From a bacterium (GTDB taxonomy: Bacteria > Eisenbacteria > RBG-16-71-46), in NCBI GenBank assembly GCA_043779265.1, contig JAYWEM010000009.1, positions 1 to 30,675 on the forward strand: a stretch of DNA of 30,675 bases. Reading direction: 5' to 3'. Positions within the stretch are counted from its first letter, which is position 1, and every line of letters begins with the position of its first letter. Below the pieces are notes generated by a model. It made no database searches. It was not told the origin of the DNA and saw only the letters and a program-made list of their open reading frames with translations. The position numbers were made by a program, and so were the translations under genes. Below, piece after piece: positions 1 through 7,910 of this stretch.

Positions 1-201
1 ACGCTCCACGAATGGAACGAGTCTTCCGGTAGACATGGCCGCGCCGAAGATGCAGCACGAGAAGTTGCGGCCGGGACCTTTCGCGAGACCCGAGGGCCCG
101 CTGAGGTGAGAAGCGCGGGGCTTCTGCTTTCCAGATGGCAGGGAGGCTACGCCATGCGTCCGGCGTCCGCAAGCGTGGGCTCTCGGCGGAGGTCGCCCGG
201 A

Positions 202-230
202 TTGACAGCCCGGCCTCCCCTTCCTAGCGT
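202..230 (+). promoter_or_regulatory. sigma70-type promoter for the OM barrel gene
   Basis: TTGACA (202-207), 17-nt spacer, TAGCGT (225-230); 54 nt upstream of ATG 285. Confidence 0.7.
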
Positions 231-284
231 CCCTCCCGCATGTGCCCGGCCATGGAGGCCGGGCCGCACCGGGGGAACCACCTC

Positions 285-926
285 ATGCTCAAGCGAATCG
301 CCACCGCGGCCGCGGTCCTGCTCCTTCTGACGTCGGCGCAGGCCATGGCCGTCGGCAAGGGTACGTCCACCTTCTCGATCCAGCTCGGCAACGGCACCGC
401 CGACCTCGCGGCGCCCTCCGGTGCCGGCTACATCACCTCGTTCGCCGTCTCCGAGATCGAGCCCAAGATCGAGTGGAGCCACCAGATGAAGGACGACTAC
501 GCGCTCAACATCGGGTTCGGCATCGGGATGTTCTCGGAGACCAACAAGCCGGGAACCGCCGCCTCGCCGGGCTCGCCCGACCTCGAGACCAAGGTGAAGT
601 CGTTCTTCGTCCGCATCGGCGGCGATCGCGTGGTCAAGGTGGGCGACCGCGCCGTGCTCTACTTCGGACCGGGCTTCGAGTACTGGTCGGGCAAGTACGA
701 GTACGACGGCGGCTCATTCACCGAGAACTCCGAGTCGGCCACGCGCATCAGCCTCTCGGGCCGCATCGGTGGAACCATGCTGCTGACCGAGAGCGTCGGC
801 TTCACCTGCAACGTCGGCCGCAAGCTCGGCACGGCGTCGATGAAGTGGGACGGCGCCGAGGCCACTTGGAACCCGAGCAGCACCGACGCCTCGGGCGGCA
901 TCACGTTCATCTTCGGCGGCAACTGA
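285..926 (+). CDS. Outer-membrane beta-barrel protein (OmpA/PorT-like, about 8 strands)
   Basis: Signal peptide MLKRIATAAAVLLLLTSAQAMA; alternating aromatic/Gly beta-strands; C-terminal GGITFIF; strong GC3 codon bias. Confidence 0.7.
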   Translation: MLKRIATAAAVLLLLTSAQAMAVGKGTSTFSIQLGNGTADLAAPSGAGYITSFAVSEIEPKIEWSHQMKDDYALNIGFGIGMFSETNKPGTAASPGSPDLETKVKSFFVRIGGDRVVKVGDRAVLYFGPGFEYWSGKYEYDGGSFTENSESATRISLSGRIGGTMLLTESVGFTCNVGRKLGTASMKWDGAEATWNPSSTDASGGITFIFGGN

Positions 927-945
927 CATCGCGTTCAAAGCAGTC

Positions 946-985
946 GCGGGGCCCCGGTGCGATGCGCCGGGGCCCCGTTGCATTT
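946..985 (+). terminator. Intrinsic terminator
   Basis: 14-15 bp stem CGGGGCCCCGGTGC-GAT-GCGCCGGGGCCCCG followed by TTGCATTT, 20 nt after the stop codon. Confidence 0.8.
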
Positions 986-1026
986 GGTGCAGGACTCGGG
1001 GCCGTCGTTTCGCCTAGGCTGTGCGC

Positions 1027-1674
1027 ATGAGATCCGTCGGCGTCGCATGTTTCCTGCTGATGTTCGCCGCTCCGGCGCTCGCGCAGCGCGCGAACGAGAC
1101 AGGCTCGCCCTATGTGCTGAGCGACACGACGCGCATCCTGCCGCGCTGGCTCGAGGGCCAGATCCAGCTGGGCTTCGGATGGATGGGTTCCCCCGGGCAT
1201 GAGCGATCGCGCTACGAGGCGGGCATCGGAGCAGCGCTCGCGGCGGAGGCCCGACCCCACCAACGCCTCGCCGTGCGAGGCCGCGTCTCCTATCTGGACC
1301 TGCCGCCCGATACGTTCGCGCCGATCTTCGAAGGGCTCACGCCCGTGTTGGTCAGCTTCATCTCGCAGCACGGCAGCCTGTTCACCGGCGCGATCGAGAT
1401 GGCGACTCCCATCCCCGCTTCGTTCTGGCTGTTCGCAGGCGCCGGCGGGGTCCGCTATGGGAGCAATGCCCTCTCGGAGTCGTTCGTGGTCCGTGACTCC
1501 GATCTGATTCCCATCGAGGACACCGGTTGGGGCACGCTGTGGAGCACGGGAGTGCAGTACCGATTCCAGCTGAACCCGCGCGACCACTTCATCCTCGAGG
1601 CGCGCAGCGAGAGCGCATCGCTCAGCGATCGCTTCCGCTTCTGGGGACTCTCGGTCGGGTATCGATTCCCCTGA
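1027..1674 (+). CDS. Outer-membrane beta-barrel protein
   Basis: Signal peptide MRSVGVACFLLMFAAPALA; strand-like segments (WLFAGAGGVRY, TGVQYRF); C-terminal LSVGYRF BAM-type signature. Confidence 0.6.
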   Translation: MRSVGVACFLLMFAAPALAQRANETGSPYVLSDTTRILPRWLEGQIQLGFGWMGSPGHERSRYEAGIGAALAAEARPHQRLAVRGRVSYLDLPPDTFAPIFEGLTPVLVSFISQHGSLFTGAIEMATPIPASFWLFAGAGGVRYGSNALSESFVVRDSDLIPIEDTGWGTLWSTGVQYRFQLNPRDHFILEARSESASLSDRFRFWGLSVGYRFP

Positions 1675-1687
1675 GCCTCGGTGGCGG

Positions 1688-3463
1688 CTAGTGCGCCTTG
1701 GTGCGGATCTCGCCCTGGATGCGCTCGAGGAAGTCCGGTAGCGCCATCGCCCCCAGATCGCCGAGGCCCTTGCGACGCGCCGACACGGTGCCCGCCTCGG
1801 CATCGCGCGGCCCGACGACCAGCATGTAGGGCACCTTCTGCAGCTCCGCGTCGCGGATCTTGGCGCCCAACTTCTCGTCGCGGATGTCGACCTCGGCCCT
1901 GACTCCAGCGGCTTTGAGCGCCGCGACCGTCGCCTCGGCGTACTCGCGCGCCTTGGGATTGACCGCGAGCACGAGTGCCTGGACCGGGGCGCACCACACG
2001 GGGAACTCGCCGCCCGTGTGCTCGATGAAGATGCCGACGAATCGCTCGAGCGATCCGTAGAGCGCGCGGTGCAGCATGATGACCTCGTGGTCCTGTCCGT
2101 CGGGCCCAGTGTAGTAGACGCCGAATCGCTTGGGCAGATTGAGGTCGACCTGGATCGTCGGGCACTGCCACTCGCGGCCGAGCGCGTCGAGCAGTTTGAC
2201 GTCGATCTTGGGCGCGTAGAAGGCACCGCCGCCCTCATCCACCTCGTAGGGCAGGCCGCGCTTCTCGAGTGCCTGACGCAGCGCATCGGTCGCGAACGCC
2301 CACTCCTCGTCGGAGCCGAGGTACTTGTCGGCCGGACGGGTGGCGAGATAGCAGCGGTACTCGTAGCCGCAGGTCTTGAGCAGAAGGTCCATCAGCTCGA
2401 GAATGCCCTCGATCTCGGACTGCAGCTGATCGGGCGTGCAGAAGATGTGCGAGTCATCCTGGGTGAACCCGCGCACGCGCTCCATGCCATGCAGCACGCC
2501 ACTGCGCTCGTAGCGATAGACGGTGCCCAGTTCGGCGTAGCGCAGCGGCAGCTCGCGGTAGGAGTGCTTGCGCGAGGTGTAGATCATGATGTGGTTGGGG
2601 CAGTTCATCGGCTTGGCGCGGTAGGCCTGATCGTCGATCTGCATCGGCGAGTACATGATGTCCGCGTAGTTCTGCAGATGCCCCGAGATCTCGTAGAGCT
2701 TCTCGCTCGAGATGTGCGGCGTGTAGACGAGCTGATAGCCGGCCTTCAGGTGCTCGTCTCTCCAGAAGGTCTCGAGCACGTGGCGCACCATGCCGAGGCG
2801 CGGATGCCAGTGCACCAGACCCGCGCCGACCTCCTCATGGATCGAGTAGAGGTCGAGATCGCGGCCGAGCCGTCGGTGATCGCGCTTCAGGGCCTCCTCG
2901 ATGCGCAGCAGGTGCGCGTCGAGATCCTCGGCCGAGAGGAACGCGGTGCCGTAGATGCGTTGCAGCATCTCGTTGCGCTCGCTGCCGAGCCAGTAGGCGC
3001 CCGCGAAGTGCGTGATCTTGCACGCCTTCACCTCGCCGGTGCTCTTCACGTGCGGACCACGGCACAGATCGAGGAACTGGCCATTGCGGTAGGTGGTGAC
3101 CTGCGCGCCCTCGGGGATCTGCGACAGGAAGTGCAGCTTGTACTTCTCCCCCAGTCCCTCCCAGTGCGCCTGCGCCTCGGCGCGTGTCAGTTCGCCCGCT
3201 TCGAACGGCTGATCGGCGGCGATGATCTCGCGCATCTTCGCCTCGATGCGCTCGATATCCTCGGGGAGGAACGGCGTCGGCTTGGCGAAGTCGTAGTAGA
3301 AGCCGTTGTCGATCGGCGGGCCGCCCGCGACTTTGACGTCTGGGAACAGCTCGGTGACCGCCGTCGCCAGGATGTGCGCCGTCGAATGCCGGAGTCGATA
3401 GAGGGCCTCGCCGCCCGGATAGGCGGACAGGTCGGGACCGGAGACTGCGGCCGACTTCGACAT
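1688..3463 (-). CDS. thrS: Threonine--tRNA ligase
   Basis: Editing motifs RHSTAH and DLCRGPH, RDHRRLG, Zn ligands KPMNCPNH / QDDSH / MLHRA, anticodon domain KIRDAELQKVPY; SD GAGGGAG before ATG 3463. Confidence 0.97.
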   Translation of the reverse strand: MSKSAAVSGPDLSAYPGGEALYRLRHSTAHILATAVTELFPDVKVAGGPPIDNGFYYDFAKPTPFLPEDIERIEAKMREIIAADQPFEAGELTRAEAQAHWEGLGEKYKLHFLSQIPEGAQVTTYRNGQFLDLCRGPHVKSTGEVKACKITHFAGAYWLGSERNEMLQRIYGTAFLSAEDLDAHLLRIEEALKRDHRRLGRDLDLYSIHEEVGAGLVHWHPRLGMVRHVLETFWRDEHLKAGYQLVYTPHISSEKLYEISGHLQNYADIMYSPMQIDDQAYRAKPMNCPNHIMIYTSRKHSYRELPLRYAELGTVYRYERSGVLHGMERVRGFTQDDSHIFCTPDQLQSEIEGILELMDLLLKTCGYEYRCYLATRPADKYLGSDEEWAFATDALRQALEKRGLPYEVDEGGGAFYAPKIDVKLLDALGREWQCPTIQVDLNLPKRFGVYYTGPDGQDHEVIMLHRALYGSLERFVGIFIEHTGGEFPVWCAPVQALVLAVNPKAREYAEATVAALKAAGVRAEVDIRDEKLGAKIRDAELQKVPYMLVVGPRDAEAGTVSARRKGLGDLGAMALPDFLERIQGEIRTKAH

Positions 3464-3545
3464 GGCGGGGACTCCCTCGGCGGGCTGGAACGGAGACGGG
3501 GCGGCGCGCCGGGGACCTCCCTGGCGTGCGCGCCCCGTCAAGACA

Positions 3546-3621
3546 TGGTGGGCGATACTGGACTTGAACCAGTGACCCCTTGCTTGTCGAGCAAGTGCTC
3601 TACCAACTGAGCTAATCGCCC
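3546..3621 (-). tRNA. tRNA-Val(GAC)
   Basis: GGGCGATTAGCTCAGTTGGTAGAGCACTTGCTCGACAAGCAAGGGGTCACTGGTTCAAGTCCAGTATCGCCCACCA: 76-nt cloverleaf, anticodon GAC, encoded CCA. Confidence 0.97.
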
Positions 3622-3683
3622 ATGAGGCCGAGCAGTGAAACGCAGGCCGTGCAGTTGGTCAAGCGGCGCGGCGTCCGTTCGAC

Positions 3684-4697
3684 TCAGACCCGGCGACCGA
3701 CGACCTCGGCGATGGTGCGGATCTGAGCAACCAGTTCGTCGAACTGCTCGGGATAGAGCGACTGCGCCCCATCCGAGAGCGCGCGATCCGGGTCGTTGTG
3801 AACCTCGATGATCAGCCCGTCGGCGCCGGCCGCGATCGAGGCTCGCGCCATCGGCGCCACCTTGTCGCGGATGCCCACGCCATGGCTCGGATCGACGATG
3901 ATCGGCAGGTGCGACAGCTCCTTCACGACCGGCACGGCGTTCAGGTCGAGCGTGTTGCGCGTGTAGGTCTCGAACGTGCGGATGCCGCGCTCACACAAGA
4001 TGACCCGCGAGTTTCCCTGCGCCATCACGTGCTCGGCCGACAGCAGCCACTCCTCGATCGTGCTCGAGAGGCCGCGCTTGAGGAGCACGGGCTTGTCGGT
4101 GTGGCCGACCTCGCGCAGCAGCGTGTAGTTCTGCATGTTGCGCGCCCCGATCTGCAGGATGTCGGCGTAGCGCGCGAGCAGGGCGACCTGCTGCGAGTCC
4201 ATCACCTCGCTCACGACGGCCAGGTCGAAGGCGTCCGCGGCGCGCCGCAGCAGTTTGAGCCCCTCCTCGCCCAGTCCCTGGAATGCGTAGGGTGAGGTGC
4301 GCGGCTTGAATGCGCCGCCTCGCATCACCGTCGCGCCCGCCTTGGCCACCGACTCGGCGATCGCGAATGCCTGCGCCTCCCCCTCGATGCTGCACGGCCC
4401 GGCCATCAGCACGATCTGGTCGCTGCCGATGTTGGCGCGGCCCACCGAGACGATGGTGTCGTGCGGGTGGAACGCCCGGCTCGCGAGCTTGAATGGACGC
4501 TTGAGTCGCTCGGAGCCATCGACGCCGTCCCACGTGGCGACCTCGTCCCAGTCGACCGCGCTGATCTCCCCGATCGCGGCGATGCGCGTGCCGGCCGGAT
4601 GATCGGTGCGGTACACGGCGAGCCCGGCCATGCGCAGACGGGACATCACGTCGCGCGTGACCGCTTCGGAGGTACCGGGTTTCAGTCGGACGAGCAC
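3684..4697 (-). CDS. aroF: 3-deoxy-7-phosphoheptulonate (DAHP) synthase, type I-beta with N-terminal regulatory domain
   Basis: [46 protein letters not shown] motifs; GGGGAG SD 6 nt before GTG 4697. Confidence 0.95.
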   Translation of the reverse strand: MLVRLKPGTSEAVTRDVMSRLRMAGLAVYRTDHPAGTRIAAIGEISAVDWDEVATWDGVDGSERLKRPFKLASRAFHPHDTIVSVGRANIGSDQIVLMAGPCSIEGEAQAFAIAESVAKAGATVMRGGAFKPRTSPYAFQGLGEEGLKLLRRAADAFDLAVVSEVMDSQQVALLARYADILQIGARNMQNYTLLREVGHTDKPVLLKRGLSSTIEEWLLSAEHVMAQGNSRVILCERGIRTFETYTRNTLDLNAVPVVKELSHLPIIVDPSHGVGIRDKVAPMARASIAAGADGLIIEVHNDPDRALSDGAQSLYPEQFDELVAQIRTIAEVVGRRV

Positions 4698-4711
4698 AGC
4701 GGACTCCCCAT

Positions 4712-4745
4712 ATGAGAACGGCCCATGCCATTCGGGCACGGGCCG
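4712..4745 (-). terminator. Attenuator terminator hairpin upstream of aroF
   Basis: 11-bp stem CGGCCCGTGCC-CGAAT-GGCATGGGCCG followed by TTCTCAT, between the leader ORF and the aroF SD. Confidence 0.7.
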
Positions 4746-4773
4746 AGCGATTCAGGAGGGACTGCGAGAGACC

Positions 4774-4848
4774 TCACTGGACCAGCACGGACCCCCGGCA
4801 ACGCCAGGCGCCGCCGTGCCAGTACTGATACTCGAAGTGAAGTCGCAT
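4774..4848 (-). CDS. Aromatic-rich leader peptide MRLHFEYQYWHGGAWRCRGSVLVQ (aroF attenuator)
   Basis: GGAGG SD (4855-4859) 6 nt before ATG; F, Y, Y, W, W within 11 codons; TGA 4774-4776; followed by a terminator and aroF. Confidence 0.75.
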   Translation of the reverse strand: MRLHFEYQYWHGGAWRCRGSVLVQ

Positions 4849-4884
4849 CCGAATCCTCCGAAGTGGGTGCATCGAGCGCGCGAG

Positions 4885-4914
4885 AGCCTAGCATCGGGCA
4901 CGGCATGTCGCCAA
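4885..4914 (-). promoter_or_regulatory. Putative sigma70 promoter for the aroF leader
   Basis: TTGGCG, 18 nt, TAGGCT preceded by TGc (extended -10). Confidence 0.5.
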
Positions 4915-4925
4915 CGGCGAAGGGT

Positions 4926-6260
4926 TCAGCGTGAAACGGCGAGGGTCCGGCTCAGCTGCTTCTCCCCCACCTGGAGTCTCGCCCAGTAGATCCCCGGCGC
5001 CACGGCCAGCCCGGAGTCATCGCGAAGGTCCCACAAGCGGGCGTGCTCGCCGGCTCCGACCTCGCCATCGGCCAACGTCCGGATGCGCGCGCCTCGCACA
5101 TCGTGGAGCTCGAGCCGGACGTGCGAGGTGGTGGGCAGTGTGAACCGCAGCGTCGTCGCGGTGCGCGCGGGACTCGGCGAGGCGGGTGCCAGAGCGAGCG
5201 TGCGCGGTCCGCCGTCGGACACATCCGCGAGCGCGCTCGGCGCCAGCAGGAACGGGCGCTGCTCACCGTTCGGGGCGATGCCCTCGCCGACGATCACGCC
5301 ATTGCCGTCGATGTCCCAGGCCCGGTAGAGATTCCAGCCGCTACCGGCGGAGACGAGTGAGTTGAGATCCATCAGTTGGTTCTGCCGCCACAGGATGGCG
5401 GCCATCGAACCATCGGCGCGCGTGCTCGCACCCACCACGTCGCCCGCATCGTTGAGACCGAACGCGGCGCTGTACATGCCGCCCAGCGTGCCGATCGACT
5501 TGAGTACGCCGTTCGTCCACAGGAAACCGCGGCTCTCCGCCGTGAGCAGCGAGATCTGCGACCAGCCGCACACCTGCGTCGAGAGGTTCACGTCGTGCGC
5601 GTAACTCGTGTAGCCGCCCAGCGTGCCGAGATCGACGAGCGGGCTGCCGGGCTTGGCGAGGAAGGCGTGGAAGCGATCGTTCTGCGGCGTCGCCGCCATG
5701 CCGACGATGTCGCCCCAGTCGTTGATCGCGTTGGCCCTCGATTGCGAACCGCCGAGCGTCCCCAGGTCCTGCAGCGCTCCACTGCTCCAGAAGAACGCGC
5801 GCTCTCGTCCGAGCGAGTCGAACGCCGAGCCGACGACGGTGCCGGTCGCGTTGATGTCGTTCGCGTCACTGCGAGCACCGCCGAAGCTACCGAGGTCGCT
5901 CATCTGACCATTGCGCCAGAGGAAAGCGCGCGGTGTGGTCTCGCCGCTGCGATAGGCCCATCCGACCACGTCGCCATGTCGATTGATGGCGCGCGCCAGA
6001 CTCTGCGAGCCGCCCAGCGTGCCGAGGTCGATGACCGTGCCGGTGCGATTGAGCATCGCGTGCACGAGTCCGCCCGGTACGAAGGAGTAGCCGACGCTCT
6101 CGCCCTGCCCATTGAGCGCGACCGCACCCGAGCCCGGCAGGCCGCCGAGGCTGCCGAGATCGACGATCTGGTACAGCGAGGCCCTGGCTGGAGACGGAGC
6201 CGCGGCAAGCGACAGTGCCAACAGCACAGTCGAGCCGGCACGGGCGAGCCGATGGCGCAT
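4926..6260 (-). CDS. Secreted HAF-repeat beta-propeller protein with C-terminal FlgD-Ig/T9SS-like domain
   Basis: Signal peptide; 7 repeats DLGTLGGxxSxAxAINxxGxVVG; C-terminal PSP...LHDVRGARIRTL...WDLRDDSG...PGIYW; SD GAGGAGG. Confidence 0.85.
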   Translation of the reverse strand: MRHRLARAGSTVLLALSLAAAPSPARASLYQIVDLGSLGGLPGSGAVALNGQGESVGYSFVPGGLVHAMLNRTGTVIDLGTLGGSQSLARAINRHGDVVGWAYRSGETTPRAFLWRNGQMSDLGSFGGARSDANDINATGTVVGSAFDSLGRERAFFWSSGALQDLGTLGGSQSRANAINDWGDIVGMAATPQNDRFHAFLAKPGSPLVDLGTLGGYTSYAHDVNLSTQVCGWSQISLLTAESRGFLWTNGVLKSIGTLGGMYSAAFGLNDAGDVVGASTRADGSMAAILWRQNQLMDLNSLVSAGSGWNLYRAWDIDGNGVIVGEGIAPNGEQRPFLLAPSALADVSDGGPRTLALAPASPSPARTATTLRFTLPTTSHVRLELHDVRGARIRTLADGEVGAGEHARLWDLRDDSGLAVAPGIYWARLQVGEKQLSRTLAVSR

Positions 6261-6349
6261 GCAGATCCTCCTCTTCAAGGAATCGATGGGCGGGCGGCCG
6301 CCGCTCGGGGCACGACGAGCCTACTCCTCGCCCCGCTTGGGCGGTAGCC

Positions 6350-7411
6350 CTACCGATCGCGGCCGCGAAGCGCCCGTTGATGCAGCCAGGCGTCCATCAG
6401 GGTCAGCGCCAGCATCGCCTCGGCCACCGGCACGACGCGCGGGCAGATGCACGGGTCGTGGCGACCCTCGATCGCCACGGTCTCGGTGCCGCCGCCGACG
6501 CGGGCCATGGTCTGGGGCTTGCCGATGCTGGTCGCCGGGCGCACCGCGACGCGAACCACGACCTCGGCCCCGTTCGAGATGCCGCCTGAGATGCCGCCCG
6601 CGAAGTTGGTCACGTGCCGCTCGCCGTCGAAGACGTCGTTGGTCTCCGAGCCATGGCGCGTGCACATCGAGAACCCGCCGCCGATCTCGACGCCCTTGGT
6701 CGCAGGGATCGAGAGCATCGCGGCGCCGAGCATGGCATCGAGCTTGGCCATCGTCGGATCGCCCCATCCCGCCGGAACCCCCATGGCCGCCACCTCCACC
6801 ACGCCGCCGATCGAGTCCTTGGCGTCACGTACCGCTGCGATGCGCGCTTCCATCTGGGTCGCCGCGGCAGCGTCGGGGCAGCGCACCGGATTGCGCTCGA
6901 CCTGATCCCAGTCGCGGACCGATGTCGCGAGATCGCCCACCTGCACCGTGCCGCCCACGATCCGGACGCCGATCGTGGCGAGCGCCGACCGAGCCACCGC
7001 ACCTGCGGCGACGCGGCCCAGCGTCTCGCGCCCGCTGCTGCGGCCGCCGCCTCGATGATCCCGCACGCCGTACTTCTCGTGATAGGCGTGATCGGCGTGG
7101 CCGGGCCGGAACACCTGCTTGAGCGCGTCATAGTCCTTGGAGCGCGAATCGGTATTGCGGACCAGCATGGCGATCGGGGACCCGAGCGTGACGCCTTCGA
7201 ACACACCCGAGAGGATCTCGACCTTATCGGCCTCCTGGCGCTGCGTCGTGATCGCGCTCTGCCCGGGCCGCCGCCGATCGAGTTCTCGCTGGATCGCGGC
7301 CGGATCGATCTGGAAGCCGGGCGGCATGCCATCGATGACGACGCCCACACCCGGCCCGTGCGACTCGCCGAACGTGGTGATGCGGAGCAGGTGGCCGAAC
7401 GTCGAACTCAC
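6350..7411 (-). CDS. aroC: Chorismate synthase
   Basis: TTFGESHG, RRRPGQS, FRPGHAD, RGGGRSSGRET, GGISGGISNG, GRHDPCI motifs. Confidence 0.97.
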   Translation of the reverse strand: MSSTFGHLLRITTFGESHGPGVGVVIDGMPPGFQIDPAAIQRELDRRRPGQSAITTQRQEADKVEILSGVFEGVTLGSPIAMLVRNTDSRSKDYDALKQVFRPGHADHAYHEKYGVRDHRGGGRSSGRETLGRVAAGAVARSALATIGVRIVGGTVQVGDLATSVRDWDQVERNPVRCPDAAAATQMEARIAAVRDAKDSIGGVVEVAAMGVPAGWGDPTMAKLDAMLGAAMLSIPATKGVEIGGGFSMCTRHGSETNDVFDGERHVTNFAGGISGGISNGAEVVVRVAVRPATSIGKPQTMARVGGGTETVAIEGRHDPCICPRVVPVAEAMLALTLMDAWLHQRALRGRDR

Positions 7412-7908
7412 CGCCGCCGCTCGCCCGGCTTGCGCCTCGTGGCGCCCTTCGCGGCCGTCTTCGGTCGTCGGCGAACGCTCGGCACCGCGGACTTCTTCCG
7501 ACTCTTCGCGAACTCCGCATTGGCGCTGATGCGGAACGCCAAGTGGCCCTTCACCATGCGCTCGAACTGATAGAGGTAGGTGACCCGGATGTCAGCACGC
7601 GCCTCGGCGATCCACGACTCGCAGCGCGACCAGGTGACCACATCCTCGCCCGTGTGATCGAAGAACAACTCCTCATGCAGCACGCCGCGATTGACCAGCG
7701 TGCCGACCATCTCCCAGTACGAGATCGTCATGCGGAACCAACGGTCCTCCATCGAGTGCGACAGGTAGCGCGTCTTGATCTCGTTCCAACTCGCCGGCTT
7801 GAACTCGGTCAGGAACCACTGGCGCGCGCGGCGCAGCTCAGGTTCTCGGCGCATCTCGTAGAGCTGCAGCAGCAACTGCGCATCGGCATGCGTCGGCTTG
7901 CGGGCCAT
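7408..7908 (-). CDS. Hypothetical protein (DUF4760-like) with basic C-terminal tail
   Basis: DAQLLLQLYEMRREPELRRARQWF...SYWEMVGTLVNRG; GGAAGGGG SD; GTGA overlap with aroC. Confidence 0.65.
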   Translation of the reverse strand: MARKPTHADAQLLLQLYEMRREPELRRARQWFLTEFKPASWNEIKTRYLSHSMEDRWFRMTISYWEMVGTLVNRGVLHEELFFDHTGEDVVTWSRCESWIAEARADIRVTYLYQFERMVKGHLAFRISANAEFAKSRKKSAVPSVRRRPKTAAKGATRRKPGERRR

Positions 7909-7910
7909 CG

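Noticed and set aside
1..36. Possible start of a minus-strand gene (MSTGRLVPFVER...) running off the window
   Set aside because: Only 12 codons visible and no SD; cannot be supported
2018..3610. Long antisense or alternate-frame ORFs (2018-3610, 8064-9350, 9678-11129, 28717-29985 and similar)
   Set aside because: Shadow ORFs of high-GC coding genes; no recognisable motifs
3546..3621. tRNA as an integration site for a mobile element
   Set aside because: No integrase, no duplicated tRNA 3' end seen; flanks are housekeeping genes
3640..3662. Promoter for tRNA-Val (TTGACC at 3657-3662)
   Set aside because: Good -35 but no convincing -10 at 16-18 nt
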